NCBI GenBank assembly: GCA_963663385.2
Contig: CAXXXD010000002.1
Span: 1,600,001 to 1,664,000, forward strand
DNA: 64,000 nt
Direction of reading: 5' to 3'
From: Oceanispirochaeta sp.
GTDB taxonomy: Bacteria; Spirochaetota; Spirochaetia; DSM-2461
Positions 18,870 through 29,214 of this stretch are shown here, piece after piece (the stretch's first letter is position 1; every line of letters begins with the position of its first letter). The notes under the pieces were generated by a model. The model was not told the origin of the DNA, did not search any database, and saw only the letters and a list, made by a program, of their open reading frames with translations. Made by a program: the position numbers and the translations under genes.

Positions 18870-20566
18870 ACAACAGGGAGTACCGGCATACTCTCACACG
18901 GATCGTACTGTATTTTCTCCTGGCTCTCTCTGTGCCGGGAGTGCTTATCCTCCTCTCTCTCCCGTCGTACTACAGGTCGGTTCTGGCACGGGAGAACAAA
19001 CAGCTGATGGAGAATATTCAGGACCATATCGTCCGTTCCGTCGACTCCTATATGTTCAACCTCAAACGACTGGGGTTGAGTCCTCTTTTCAACGGTGAAT
19101 TCGATGACGCGCTGCTGACCGTATCTCTTGATTCCTTTGCCGACATGGATGCCTACCGGCAGAGGGAAATCCGGAGGGACATTGCCGACATCCTCTATAA
19201 TCAGCTTCTTCTCAGCCAGAACGAGATCCAGAATATTGTTCTCTATATGCCCGATGAAGAACTGATCATGCTGGACCGTAACGGCGACATCAGCTACTCC
19301 TTCGACGATCCCGGAGATATCTGGTGGGTGGCCGAAGCGAGAGAAGCGGAGCGGACGCCTTATTTCTCCAGGCCCCATATCCCCCTCTACAGCCGGACCG
19401 GTTCTCCTGTTGTGTCGGTTCTCCATACGATCCGTACCTATTCGGGGCGGTTCCGGGGGATCATCAAAACCGATATCCCCACCTCTTCCTTCGGTTCCCT
19501 CTTTGACGAATCGAGCTTCCAGGTGGAGACCCGATTTCTCATTGAGGATTCGCAGGGACAGATCATCTATCCCGGTCACCGGATCGATCCGCCCCGTTAT
19601 CTGGTCGGAAACGAGGCTTTCTTCGGGGGAGACCGCTACTATTTCAGAAAACAGGAAACCGAATTGGGCGGGTGGAACGTGGTGGTCCTGAGAAACCGTG
19701 CCCAGGTTCTCAACAATGACGTCCTCCTCTATGTGAGCGTTTTTGTCTATGTGATTTTTCAGATAAGTGTCACCATTTTTCTTTTCAATGCCTTCAGCCG
19801 CTCTCTCAAAAACTCCTTTGAAGAGCTGGAAAAGGCCATGCATGCCTACGGGGCGGGAGATCTTTCAGTCCGCTACCGCTCCGGCCGGAGCGACCCCGTT
19901 TCCGACCTGGGAGGAACCTTCAATCTTATGGCCGAGAAGATCGACCGTATGATTGTCCGGGAGTATCACACACAGACCCTTCTAAAAACAGCTGAGTTCA
20001 ATGCCCTTCAGAGCCAGGTTCAGCCTCATTTTCTCTACAACATCTTCGGTTCCCTGCTGGGACTTAACGCTCTGGGGGACAAGGTCGCCATGAAGAGAGT
20101 AATCCTCTCCATGAGGGATCTGCTCCAGTACACGGTGTATCATGGAGATGATTCAACGGTGGAAGAGGAGTTCGCCTTTCTGGACAACTACTGCCATCTC
20201 CACAAACTTCTGATGGAGGAGCGTCTGACTTTTTCCCTGGAATACGATCCTGATCTTAAGAGGTTTCCCCTGCCGAAACTGCTGCTCCAGCCCCTTGTTG
20301 AAAACAGTATCAAGCACGGGATAGAGGAAAAAATTGAAGGGGGAATCCTTACGGTACGGGCCCGGAAACGGGGAGGGGAAATTCAGATTGAGGTGGCTGA
20401 TGACGGACGGGGATTCGAACCGGAAGCGGAACTATCCGGAGGTATCGGGATTCAGAATGTCCGCGAAAGGGTCAAAATGACCTGGCCCGACGGCTCTCTG
20501 GATATAATCAGTGCCAGAGGGGAGGGCGCCATAATACGCCTGTCCATTCCCGGGGTGAAAACATGA
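18860..20566 (+). CDS. Sensor histidine kinase (YesM-like)
   Basis: QSQVQPHFLYN, LQPLVENSIKHG, GIGIQNV. Confidence 0.9.
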   Translation: MGINNREYRHTLTRIVLYFLLALSVPGVLILLSLPSYYRSVLARENKQLMENIQDHIVRSVDSYMFNLKRLGLSPLFNGEFDDALLTVSLDSFADMDAYRQREIRRDIADILYNQLLLSQNEIQNIVLYMPDEELIMLDRNGDISYSFDDPGDIWWVAEAREAERTPYFSRPHIPLYSRTGSPVVSVLHTIRTYSGRFRGIIKTDIPTSSFGSLFDESSFQVETRFLIEDSQGQIIYPGHRIDPPRYLVGNEAFFGGDRYYFRKQETELGGWNVVVLRNRAQVLNNDVLLYVSVFVYVIFQISVTIFLFNAFSRSLKNSFEELEKAMHAYGAGDLSVRYRSGRSDPVSDLGGTFNLMAEKIDRMIVREYHTQTLLKTAEFNALQSQVQPHFLYNIFGSLLGLNALGDKVAMKRVILSMRDLLQYTVYHGDDSTVEEEFAFLDNYCHLHKLLMEERLTFSLEYDPDLKRFPLPKLLLQPLVENSIKHGIEEKIEGGILTVRARKRGGEIQIEVADDGRGFEPEAELSGGIGIQNVRERVKMTWPDGSLDIISARGEGAIIRLSIPGVKT

Positions 20567-21951
20567 CTGTTCTGATTCTGGATGATGTGCGGCTGGTCCG
20601 TGAAACGGTAAAAGAGGCGCTAAGCTCGTGCTGGGACGGGACGCTGACCGTGCGGGAGTCGTCGAACGGCTTTGATGCTCTGGATATTCTCGGTAAACAC
20701 CCCGTGGATGTGGCTCTCGTGGATATCAAGATGCCCCGGATGGACGGACTGGCGTTTATCAGAAAGGCGGCCAGAATCAATCCTGCCCTTCGGTTTGTTA
20801 TTCTCTCCAGTTTTTCCGAGTTCGATTACGCCCGAACCGCTCTCAAACTCGGCGTATCCGACTATCTGCTCAAACCGGTCTCCGATGAGGAGCTGGAAAC
20901 GGTCCTCAGGCGAATTGAAAGTGAGATCAGAAGCGACGGGAAGGATCTGGTCGATCGGATGGAGCGGGAAATCGACCGTTTTTTCAACTGTCCCATAAAA
21001 GAGAATAAACCGGACAATGCCTTGTTCTTCCGCTTTCTTCCCGGAGCGGGAATGCGGCCGGACGAGGGGTACTACCGGAAAATCCGTCCGCTGACGGATG
21101 ATCTGTCGAACCGGCTTAACAGGCAGGGAATTCCTAATCTCATCCGCAGCGGAGACAATCTGTGGCAGGCGATACTGTTTTCGGGTAAGGAGCATCTCAA
21201 CCGGGTCAGGAGAGAGCTGAAGGATCTGGCCTCCCTTGTGGATGAGGCGGTCTTCTTTCTCTGCGAGCCGGGAAGGGAGGAGCCGGGGCTTTACTCGGAG
21301 CACCGGTCTATCTTTTTTCAGAACCTTTCGGCCCTGGCTCTCGCGGGATGCAGCGGTTTTTCTCCGGAAGGGGCGCCGGATTCTCTGAGAGAGCTCTCCG
21401 ATTCGCTGACAGCCATGACTAAGGGGATCTACAGGCCGGGTCAAAGTTTTACGGAATCCCTGAAAAGTGCTATAGAAGAGATCGACCGGCTCTCTCCCGG
21501 GGCGGCTGAAGTCCTGTCGGCTCATCTGGTTTCACTCTTTTCCCTTTCCGATGTCCATGACAGGGAGGAAATGCTGTCCCGGGTTGAAAGTGAGTATATA
21601 CGCCTTCAGTCGGGGAGTGAGATTCCCTTTCCAGGCAATGTCATTGCCTATGTGGAGAGAAATTATATGCATCCTGTCAATATCGCCTCTATCGCGGAAA
21701 CCTTCGGCAAAAGCCCCAATGCCCTCAGTTCGGCTTTCCGGAAGACCACCGGCCGGACTCTGAACCGCTTTATTACCTCCGTGAGAATTGAAAATGCCGA
21801 AAAACTGCTACTGTCCTCCGATCTGCCTTCCCGTCGCATCGGGGAGATGGTGGGGATCGACGATCCGGGCTATTTCTGTAAAGTATTCAAGGATTACACC
21901 GGTCTTACTCCCATGGATTACCGCAATGAGAGGAATTCCCCCCGGGAATAG
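20563..21951 (+). CDS. Response regulator, receiver plus AraC HTH
   Basis: LILDD...DIKMPRMDG receiver domain; C-terminal AraC HTH. Confidence 0.9.
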   Translation: MTVLILDDVRLVRETVKEALSSCWDGTLTVRESSNGFDALDILGKHPVDVALVDIKMPRMDGLAFIRKAARINPALRFVILSSFSEFDYARTALKLGVSDYLLKPVSDEELETVLRRIESEIRSDGKDLVDRMEREIDRFFNCPIKENKPDNALFFRFLPGAGMRPDEGYYRKIRPLTDDLSNRLNRQGIPNLIRSGDNLWQAILFSGKEHLNRVRRELKDLASLVDEAVFFLCEPGREEPGLYSEHRSIFFQNLSALALAGCSGFSPEGAPDSLRELSDSLTAMTKGIYRPGQSFTESLKSAIEEIDRLSPGAAEVLSAHLVSLFSLSDVHDREEMLSRVESEYIRLQSGSEIPFPGNVIAYVERNYMHPVNIASIAETFGKSPNALSSAFRKTTGRTLNRFITSVRIENAEKLLLSSDLPSRRIGEMVGIDDPGYFCKVFKDYTGLTPMDYRNERNSPRE

Positions 21952-22049
21952 AATACCGGGATAATGTCGGTTGTATCGAAAAATACGATAACAGGTATTA
22001 TATTTTTACTTTCTTGACTTAAGATAAACTATATTTATAGAATCATTGA

Positions 22050-23165
22050 ATGAAAGATCTGTCATATAATGCTGTTTTACCATTTAAAAAATTAACAAAA
22101 AGAGGTCTGTGTACACTAGAAGAGCAATTGTCAATCATATTTATGGGTATCGGATTCTTTCTCTCTTTTTCCGCTTCAGTTGCCAATGCCTTACTGGATT
22201 TCCCTTTATGGATTAATCTTCCACATATCATTAATGCTGTTGTATGTCTGCTGATGGCACTGTTTTTAAAAAAATGGATAGTTACTGCGGCTCTTATTGA
22301 ACTGTTTTTTGCGACCTTTATTTACTTTCCTTTTATATATTTTACTAATGCGGGCTATATGGGATCCGGTCTGTTTTATTTTCTTATGGTAGTATTCTGG
22401 ATTGCATATTATCTGGATAAGAAAACTCTGAATTTTATGCTTGTTTTCTCATTGTTTTATTATACGTGCCTTATAGTTTTTTCCTATAAAAACCCTGAAT
22501 ACGTTATTCCATACCCGGATCCTGTTACGAATGTCATTGATGTTTTAGTTGCCATATTCGCTGTCTCCATATCTTTATCGGCCGTAACGGGTGTCACTTT
22601 CAGGGCATATAAAAACGAGCATGATAAAGTACAGGATCTGATTTTTGATCTGAATAAAAGAAATGAGGAATTGAAACAGCTTTCAATAACAGACCAGTTG
22701 ACCGGAGTATTCAACAGACGTCACTTTATAAATAAGTTTAATCATATGCTTGAACTTTTTGAAGAAACTCCCCAATCCATTTGTGTATTCTTACTGGATA
22801 TTGACCATTTCAAACATATAAATGATCAATATGGGCATCAGTATGGAGATGAAATCTTAAAGCGAGTAGCTGAAGTGATTCAGGAAACGCTCCGGCCGCA
22901 CGATCTTACAGCCCGATATGGCGGGGAGGAGTTTATTACTCTGGTTACTGGAGTTAATGAAAAAGATGCAATAGAAATTTCTGAGAGGATACGTACAGGT
23001 ATTGAGAATATGGAATACCGTCAGCAAAAAATCACAACTGTCAGTATTGGAATCTCTTACAGTACTGTTAATAAAGAAATGGATCTGATGGTAAAAGAAG
23101 CAGACAGCAATCTCTATCAAGCTAAAAACAATGGCAGAAACCAGGTTTGCCATGGTATAGGTTAA
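22050..23165 (+). CDS. Membrane-bound diguanylate cyclase (GGDEF domain)
   Basis: Multi-TM N-terminus; DQLTG, DIDHFK.IND.YGH..GD, RYGGEEF. Confidence 0.92.
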   Translation: MKDLSYNAVLPFKKLTKRGLCTLEEQLSIIFMGIGFFLSFSASVANALLDFPLWINLPHIINAVVCLLMALFLKKWIVTAALIELFFATFIYFPFIYFTNAGYMGSGLFYFLMVVFWIAYYLDKKTLNFMLVFSLFYYTCLIVFSYKNPEYVIPYPDPVTNVIDVLVAIFAVSISLSAVTGVTFRAYKNEHDKVQDLIFDLNKRNEELKQLSITDQLTGVFNRRHFINKFNHMLELFEETPQSICVFLLDIDHFKHINDQYGHQYGDEILKRVAEVIQETLRPHDLTARYGGEEFITLVTGVNEKDAIEISERIRTGIENMEYRQQKITTVSIGISYSTVNKEMDLMVKEADSNLYQAKNNGRNQVCHGIG

Positions 23166-23271
23166 TAACCTATTCCCTATAAAAAGTCTGCTATTCCTTT
23201 TGTGGCAAACCTGTAGTAGTCAGAAACCGCTTCCATCGAATTTGTAACAGTTACAATTTCCAGGGTTTCGT

Positions 23272-23658
23272 TCAGCTTTTTTCCAATAAATCTATTGTCG
23301 CTATCGCATTTTCTAAACTATCCACAATTTCCACAGTAATATCTGCCTTTTTAAAGGCATCCATAACTTTTTTCTTTTCTATCTCAGAACATTCGGAAAC
23401 AAGAAAAAACTTCTGACATCCTCTATTTCTACTAATGGTATAGTATTTCATTAAGGCGTCTAAAGTTTCATAGGTACCTATCACATCTTTACTAAGATAT
23501 TCAATAAGGTACCATCTCTTCAGTCCTTTCTTTTCAATGGCATCCAGTATTTTACTCCAGGCCAGATCAACACCTTCAATATTAAACTGACCCATGGGAT
23601 AATTAATCAAAATGCTGTCTTTTATGCGGAATGAGTGATCGCCATGAGGAGTAAACAT
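23272..23658 (-). CDS. Hypothetical protein (possibly SpoIIAA/STAS-like)
   Basis: 128-aa AT-rich ORF with AGGAG RBS; the fold guess is weak. Confidence 0.6.
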   Translation of the reverse strand: MFTPHGDHSFRIKDSILINYPMGQFNIEGVDLAWSKILDAIEKKGLKRWYLIEYLSKDVIGTYETLDALMKYYTISRNRGCQKFFLVSECSEIEKKKVMDAFKKADITVEIVDSLENAIATIDLLEKS

Positions 23659-23728
23659 AGGCTACAACTCCTGATTTAAAAATTGCTATAGTTTAATTAT
23701 TATTTATGTATGAATACAAGTCAAAATC

Positions 23729-24520
23729 TCACTTTAAACAAACTCCTATCCATTCATTCTTATCCGCCGGGGAGAGCATACCGATCAGAGCCGCGGCATC
23801 CCTGAAAAAATTGTCTATCTTATCGTCTTTGACGAATTCTATCAGGGCCCAGCGGTTTCCCGGTATCTGCGACAGCTTTTCCAGGTACTCCCTCCAGAGC
23901 GTTTCCCCTTCGGAGAGGAGGTATCTTATCCGGGGGTCCGTACCCCAGTGAAAAACGTGAACCCCTATCAGGTAGTCACTTATCAGATCAATCCCTTTGA
24001 GACAGTCCTTTTTACTCATGCCCACCGGCGGCTGCCAGTAGGAGTGGACCGCCGGGTGCCCGATATCTTCCATAAAGCGGGCGGCTGATTCGTTCCTGTC
24101 GGTTAGCGTGCCGCCGTGATATTCAAAGGCCAGGTCGATTCCGGCTTTGGCGCAACTGTCTCCCGCCGCCCGGGCTTCATTGACAATCCTGCCGTAGTAA
24201 TCCTGATCGGCTTCTCCGGATCCTTTCTTGCCGGCCCAGGCTCTGATAAGAGGAGCTTTCAGAGCCAGAGCCGTATTCAGTATGGTGCTGAACGGGACCG
24301 GATCGTCATCAAACCGGTAATAGGATCCGTAAGCTGCTACCTCTAGACCGGCTTCCCTTGTTTTGCGGCCTGTTTCCGTGGCCTCTTCAATATCCCCATG
24401 GGGAACATGAATGTCTCCGCCCCATTCGATCCCCTGTATCCCCGCTTTAACCGATGCGTCGATAATCTCATGGACAGTCAAATTTCTGAAAGTAATGGAT
24501 ACCAGTCCCGGTTTTATCAT
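23729..24520 (-). CDS. Sugar phosphate isomerase/epimerase (xylose isomerase-like TIM barrel)
   Basis: GLVSITFR, GIEWGGD.HVP, AFEYH, HVF; ATGA overlap with the upstream gene at 24517-24520. Confidence 0.8.
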   Translation of the reverse strand: MIKPGLVSITFRNLTVHEIIDASVKAGIQGIEWGGDIHVPHGDIEEATETGRKTREAGLEVAAYGSYYRFDDDPVPFSTILNTALALKAPLIRAWAGKKGSGEADQDYYGRIVNEARAAGDSCAKAGIDLAFEYHGGTLTDRNESAARFMEDIGHPAVHSYWQPPVGMSKKDCLKGIDLISDYLIGVHVFHWGTDPRIRYLLSEGETLWREYLEKLSQIPGNRWALIEFVKDDKIDNFFRDAAALIGMLSPADKNEWIGVCLK

Positions 24521-26442
24521 TTGTATATCTCCCTGCTGCGGTAATCGTGCCATACTTTTTCAAACCAGAGGTCCCCTTCGGGAATTTCCCTCCGCTCTTC
24601 CCAGGCGTGTACAAGCCATCCCTGTTCGTCGACACAAGTCTTCTGCACTTTATTCCTGAAATCGGTATTTTCGGGAATCATTAGCCACTCTGTATCATTC
24701 ATTCCGTCGATTCGTACGCCTTTCCCGCTCAGCACCAGTCCGGATCCCCGGCTACCCGTACCCGAGACAAGAGCGAAGAGAATGGCTTCCAGATAAACCC
24801 AGTGTGCGAAGCAGAGATGCCTGTTTCGGAAGTATTCCCTGATATCACCGGGGGACGAAAGGGAGGAGGCCTCCCTTTCCAGCCTCTCCAGCTGCCGACG
24901 CGATTCTTCCAGTGACCGGCGGATTGTCTCCTCCTCTCTTATAAAGGCGCCCGATCTGGACATTCTGTCCTGAAGCTCCAGTCTCTCTTTTTTCCAGGAT
25001 AATTGTGACTTTCTGCCTTTTCCGATCAGTTCCTTAATAGAGGCAAGACGCCCCTCGGCTTCTTTTCTGAACAGATCCCCATCCAGGGTCTGTTCCCTGT
25101 ATGCCGCGCCGATATACTCGGCAGCCCTGAAGCCTCCCACCTGACCGCTGTTGAGCGCCGATCCCCCGGGCCTGTTTATGCCATGGGAGCCGTTAACTTC
25201 GCCGACGGGGAACAGATGGGAAATATTTTCCGACTGCCACCAGATATCAGCTGCCAGGCCGCCGTTGTTGTGCTGGGCGCACACGGCAATTTCCAGCTTC
25301 TCCCTTCTAAGATCGATATGGTGATCCAGATAGAGGTCTATGGCTCCTGGATTCATTTTTTCCAGCCTTTCAATCGGGGAGGGGAGGAGTGCCTCCGATC
25401 TTGACAGGTAGTCCGCCGCTTCGGAAGAGAGCCGGCCGAAGGAAAAATCTTTTGGATCGGTCCTGAAATCCAGGTAGACCTTTCTCCCTTTTTCCACAGT
25501 TTCCCGGAAGACCAGAATATCTATGATGGATGATCCTGACAGGACTTTCGCGGAGTCGAAGGGCCACTGATAACCTTTGAGAAATACCCTGGAGTTCATT
25601 TCCCCGGCTGTAGAAAAATAGTCTCTCAGGAATTCCCTTTCGTCCTCCCCGTTCTGCGGATCCACGCTGACGAAGCGGGGGAGTACCTGCATATAAGTGC
25701 CTGAGACGTTCCATCTGAATTTTACCGAGGCCAGTCCAAACTGGCTCTCCGGAAGATTGGAAGCCATGGCGCCTTCTCTCAGGGCCAGGCCGATGGCACC
25801 CGTATGGCATCCGGGGTATACGCTTGTTCTGTAAATTCCTCCGGGGCCGCCTACGGCGAACAGGATATTATCGGCTCTGTAAACTTCCGGCTCGCCCTTT
25901 TCTCCCAAAGCGATAAGGCCTGCGGCCCGTTTCCCCTCCTTTTCTCCGACGGTTATCAGGTCTATGACGTCCCGGTCTTCCAGAATGGGAATGCCCGCTT
26001 TTTTAACCTCTTTCATCAGAGCCAGGCACATTTCCCTGGATGTGTAGGGACCGATTGATGCGGCCCGTCGTGCGGGATCGTGATCGGTTTTGTATCCTGC
26101 GTACTGGCCGTACCTGTCTGTGGGGAAGGGAACTCCCAGATTGACCAGATTAAGAAAAGCCCTGGCCGACCCAGCCGCTTCGGTCAGGGCCAGATCGCCA
26201 TGCATGGCCCCGCCGCTGTAATAAACCTCCGCCATGGACCGGGGGCTGTCTCCGTCGGAGCCGCAAAGGGCCAGCTTATAATACGTCTGTTTGTCGCTTC
26301 CCGTATTGATCGACGTCCCTCTCTGCAGGCCTTCGGTGATGATAGCGATATCCTCTATTCCTCTTCTGTGGAGCTGAAGGGCCGCATTGAGTCCCGCGGC
26401 TCCGCTGCCCACAATCAGGCTGTGATAAGCGGTTATCTCCAT
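24517..26442 (-). CDS. FAD-binding oxidoreductase, SdhA/FrdA/NadB flavoprotein superfamily
   Basis: IVGSGAAG dinucleotide motif, QHNNGG, GEVNGSHG..RPGGSAL. Confidence 0.85.
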   Translation of the reverse strand: MEITAYHSLIVGSGAAGLNAALQLHRRGIEDIAIITEGLQRGTSINTGSDKQTYYKLALCGSDGDSPRSMAEVYYSGGAMHGDLALTEAAGSARAFLNLVNLGVPFPTDRYGQYAGYKTDHDPARRAASIGPYTSREMCLALMKEVKKAGIPILEDRDVIDLITVGEKEGKRAAGLIALGEKGEPEVYRADNILFAVGGPGGIYRTSVYPGCHTGAIGLALREGAMASNLPESQFGLASVKFRWNVSGTYMQVLPRFVSVDPQNGEDEREFLRDYFSTAGEMNSRVFLKGYQWPFDSAKVLSGSSIIDILVFRETVEKGRKVYLDFRTDPKDFSFGRLSSEAADYLSRSEALLPSPIERLEKMNPGAIDLYLDHHIDLRREKLEIAVCAQHNNGGLAADIWWQSENISHLFPVGEVNGSHGINRPGGSALNSGQVGGFRAAEYIGAAYREQTLDGDLFRKEAEGRLASIKELIGKGRKSQLSWKKERLELQDRMSRSGAFIREEETIRRSLEESRRQLERLEREASSLSSPGDIREYFRNRHLCFAHWVYLEAILFALVSGTGSRGSGLVLSGKGVRIDGMNDTEWLMIPENTDFRNKVQKTCVDEQGWLVHAWEERREIPEGDLWFEKVWHDYRSREIYK

Positions 26443-27227
26443 CAGAGTCTTCCCATGGTCAATCCGCCGTCCACGCGGATTATCTGGCCGGTTGAGTAGG
26501 CCAGATCGCCCCGGCTCAGGGAGGCAACGGCTTTGCCCACATCGTCCGGCTGTCCCCAGCGCGGCTGAACGAGTATGCCCTCTTTTATCAGGGCGTCGTA
26601 TTTGCCCGTTACGGCTCCGGTCATATCGGTTTTGATGATGCCCGGCTGAATTTCATAGACCGGAATTCCGTACTCTCCCAGGCGCACGGCCCATAATTTC
26701 GTGGCCATGGTGATCCCGGCCTTGGAGATACAGTAATCTCCCCTTGAGGGAGAGGCCATCTCAGAGGAAACGGATCCGATATTGATTATGGCGAAATCCT
26801 GTTCGGGGCGGCACCCCTTCTGCTCGATCATCCATTTAGCTGCGTCTCTTGTCAGAAAATAGGGCCCTTTAAGGTTAATCCCGATTAATCTGTCAAAGCT
26901 CTTTTCATCAGCTTCCAGAATATCCACTCTTTTTTCCGGGGCAACGCCGGCATTGTTGACCAGAAGGTTCAGGGTTCCGAAGTCCCTTTTCAGGGACTCT
27001 ATCAGAATCCCGTGGTCCTTCCTGTCGGAAATATCGGATCTGTAATACCGTACGGTGATCCCGAAGGAACTCAATTGGGTTATAACATCCTTTACTTCCT
27101 CGGGTTCTTTTCTCCCCGTCAGGGCCAGATTCCAGTTCTGTTCCGCCAGCCTGAGAGAGATCCCCAGGCCGATTCCTCTGGCCCCGCCGGTGACAAGGGC
27201 TGTTTTTTCCGTCATAGGCTTCTCCAT
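26442..27227 (-). CDS. Short-chain dehydrogenase/reductase (SDR)
   Basis: TGGARGIG, NNAG, YCISK; start at 27227 overlaps the upstream stop codon. Confidence 0.9.
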   Translation of the reverse strand: MEKPMTEKTALVTGGARGIGLGISLRLAEQNWNLALTGRKEPEEVKDVITQLSSFGITVRYYRSDISDRKDHGILIESLKRDFGTLNLLVNNAGVAPEKRVDILEADEKSFDRLIGINLKGPYFLTRDAAKWMIEQKGCRPEQDFAIINIGSVSSEMASPSRGDYCISKAGITMATKLWAVRLGEYGIPVYEIQPGIIKTDMTGAVTGKYDALIKEGILVQPRWGQPDDVGKAVASLSRGDLAYSTGQIIRVDGGLTMGRL

Positions 27228-28219
27228 CAGGCCAGTATCGCCGCTTTCGCTTCGGTTATTTCCCATTTCAGGTCATCCCCCTTTACAAATCTCTTCAGCT
27301 CTTCGACCATATATCGGCCCATCCGTCCGCATTCTCTGTCCATAGATCCCGCCAGATGGGGGGTGAGCAGGACATTCTCCATTTCGTAAAGTGGGGATCC
27401 GTCAACCGGCGGCTCAGGGTGGGTGACATCGAGAAGGGCTGTCAGATCGCTTCTTTCGTTAAAGACCTCGATTAAATCTTCCTCGTTGACCACGGCGCCT
27501 CTGGCAGTGTTGATAAAAGTGGCCCCCTCTTTCATTTTTCTGAAAAGCGACCCGTCTATCATCCCTTCGGTCTCCTTCAGCCAGGGGGTGTGAAGACTGA
27601 TCACATCGGACTGGATAAAGAGTTCTTCCAGCGTGACCAGCCGGATTCCCAGTTTCTCCGCGTCCTCCCGGGATACAAAGGGGTCGTATGCCAGCACTTC
27701 CAGGTCGAAGGATTGGAGCAGTTCCGCTACTCTTCTGCCGATCATTCCCAGAGACACAAGCCCTACAGTGCTTCTGAACGCTCCGGGTACGGGAATTTTG
27801 GTCACAATTTTTTTTTCCTTCCGGATTCTGCTTATGTAATACCATCCCTTTTTAAGGGAGAAGAGTATCTGGGCGATGGTAAACTCCGAAACAGGAATGG
27901 CGTTGGCGGCATAGGCGCTTGTCATTTTTATCTTTTTTGTCCAGAATTCCGGTGTGATAATATGTTTGACCGATCCGGCACCGAAGAATACTGCTTCGAG
28001 GGAGGGGGCGGCTTCCAGAAACCCTTCGTCCAGTAAAGGCGCACCCCAGCCTGTAAAAATATAGCTGACTTCTTCCAGTTTCTCCTTCTGGTCCAGGGCT
28101 TCAGAGGCGTCCATAGGCGGGAAATCGATCACGGCATAGCTCTCTATCTCTTCTCTGACGCTTTGGGGATATACTTTATGGAAAGAGACCTTGTCCATTA
28201 TATAAAGGCCTTTTTTCAT
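27227..28219 (-). CDS. D-isomer-specific 2-hydroxyacid dehydrogenase
   Basis: SLGMIG, INTARG, LDVT.PEP, TPHLAG. Confidence 0.9.
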   Translation of the reverse strand: MKKGLYIMDKVSFHKVYPQSVREEIESYAVIDFPPMDASEALDQKEKLEEVSYIFTGWGAPLLDEGFLEAAPSLEAVFFGAGSVKHIITPEFWTKKIKMTSAYAANAIPVSEFTIAQILFSLKKGWYYISRIRKEKKIVTKIPVPGAFRSTVGLVSLGMIGRRVAELLQSFDLEVLAYDPFVSREDAEKLGIRLVTLEELFIQSDVISLHTPWLKETEGMIDGSLFRKMKEGATFINTARGAVVNEEDLIEVFNERSDLTALLDVTHPEPPVDGSPLYEMENVLLTPHLAGSMDRECGRMGRYMVEELKRFVKGDDLKWEITEAKAAILA

Positions 28220-29214
28220 TTTCTGCTCCTTATGGTGTCCCCTTCGATGTATTTGAAAGGGAGTTCCAGTTGAATCGGCTCAGCTTCTTTTTCGATTATG
28301 GTACGGAAAAACCACCGGCCGGCTTCCCGGCCCATTCCGCGCACTTCCAGATCGATGGTGCTGATTTTTTTTGGGAATATATTTCTGATGGGAGAGTTGT
28401 CAAATCCCGATAGATTCATTTCTCCGGGAATATCTATTCCCGCAGCCTCTGCCGAGGACATGAGGGAAACGGCGACTATGTCGTTAAAACAGACCAGCCA
28501 GTTGTATCCCTTGTTTCTGAGATTTTCTATAAAATCGGGAGATATATCCCCGAATGATTCTATTTCCCGTATAGCGAAGCCGGTAATGGATTTGGCTTCG
28601 CAGGTGTTCAGAAACGCCTCTTTTCTGAGAGTGTTGACAGTGCTGGCCGATTTGAAGCCCACATAGAGGGGCTTCAGATTCTGTTCGGATTCTCCGGCCT
28701 TATCAAAAAGGAAATCCATAGCGGCCCGGTTGTCCAGAGATATGAAATTCCTTTTTTCACTGCGTCTGTTCAGCAGCAGATAGGGAATGCCTCTATCCTC
28801 CAGCAGTTGTGTCATCCTTTCATAGGGGTCCGTAAAAGCGAATACCGCCCCGTCGATATCTCCGATTTTTTTGCTGTCCAGAACGGATATGCCGCCGTCG
28901 TTCAGTTCCGTAATTATATTGACTCTGGTGCCGGATAAACCCTCTTTCAAGCCGGAGATCAGAAGCGACGGATCATAGAACAGCAGATTCTGAGGCTGAT
29001 CGCTGTGAGGCAGAAACAAAACAATATTCAGAATGGCTCTGGAGCCGGGTCTTTTTATATTCCTTTTCTCGTATCCCATCTCCCTGGCGGTTTTTTGTAT
29101 CAGCTCGCTTTTTTCGGTGCCTATCAGAGAGGAGTTGTTCAGAACCCTCGATACGGTACTGACTGAGATGCCCAGCTTTTCGGCGATCTGATAAACTGTG
29201 ACTTTCCGGCTCAC
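28216..29214 (-). CDS. LacI-family transcriptional regulator
   Basis: VTVYQIAEKLGISVSTVSRVLN HTH; CFND, SGFDN. Confidence 0.9.
   Translation of the reverse strand: MSRKVTVYQIAEKLGISVSTVSRVLNNSSLIGTEKSELIQKTAREMGYEKRNIKRPGSRAILNIVLFLPHSDQPQNLLFYDPSLLISGLKEGLSGTRVNIITELNDGGISVLDSKKIGDIDGAVFAFTDPYERMTQLLEDRGIPYLLLNRRSEKRNFISLDNRAAMDFLFDKAGESEQNLKPLYVGFKSASTVNTLRKEAFLNTCEAKSITGFAIREIESFGDISPDFIENLRNKGYNWLVCFNDIVAVSLMSSAEAAGIDIPGEMNLSGFDNSPIRNIFPKKISTIDLEVRGMGREAGRWFFRTIIEKEAEPIQLELPFKYIEGDTIRSRK

Noticed and set aside
24517..26442. sdhA/frdA/nadB gene symbol
   Set aside because: No partner subunits, and the N-terminal FAD-attachment motif is divergent; only the superfamily is supported.
26442..27227. 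fabG or kduD assignment
   Set aside because: Only generic SDR motifs; no fatty-acid synthesis genes or kduI nearby.
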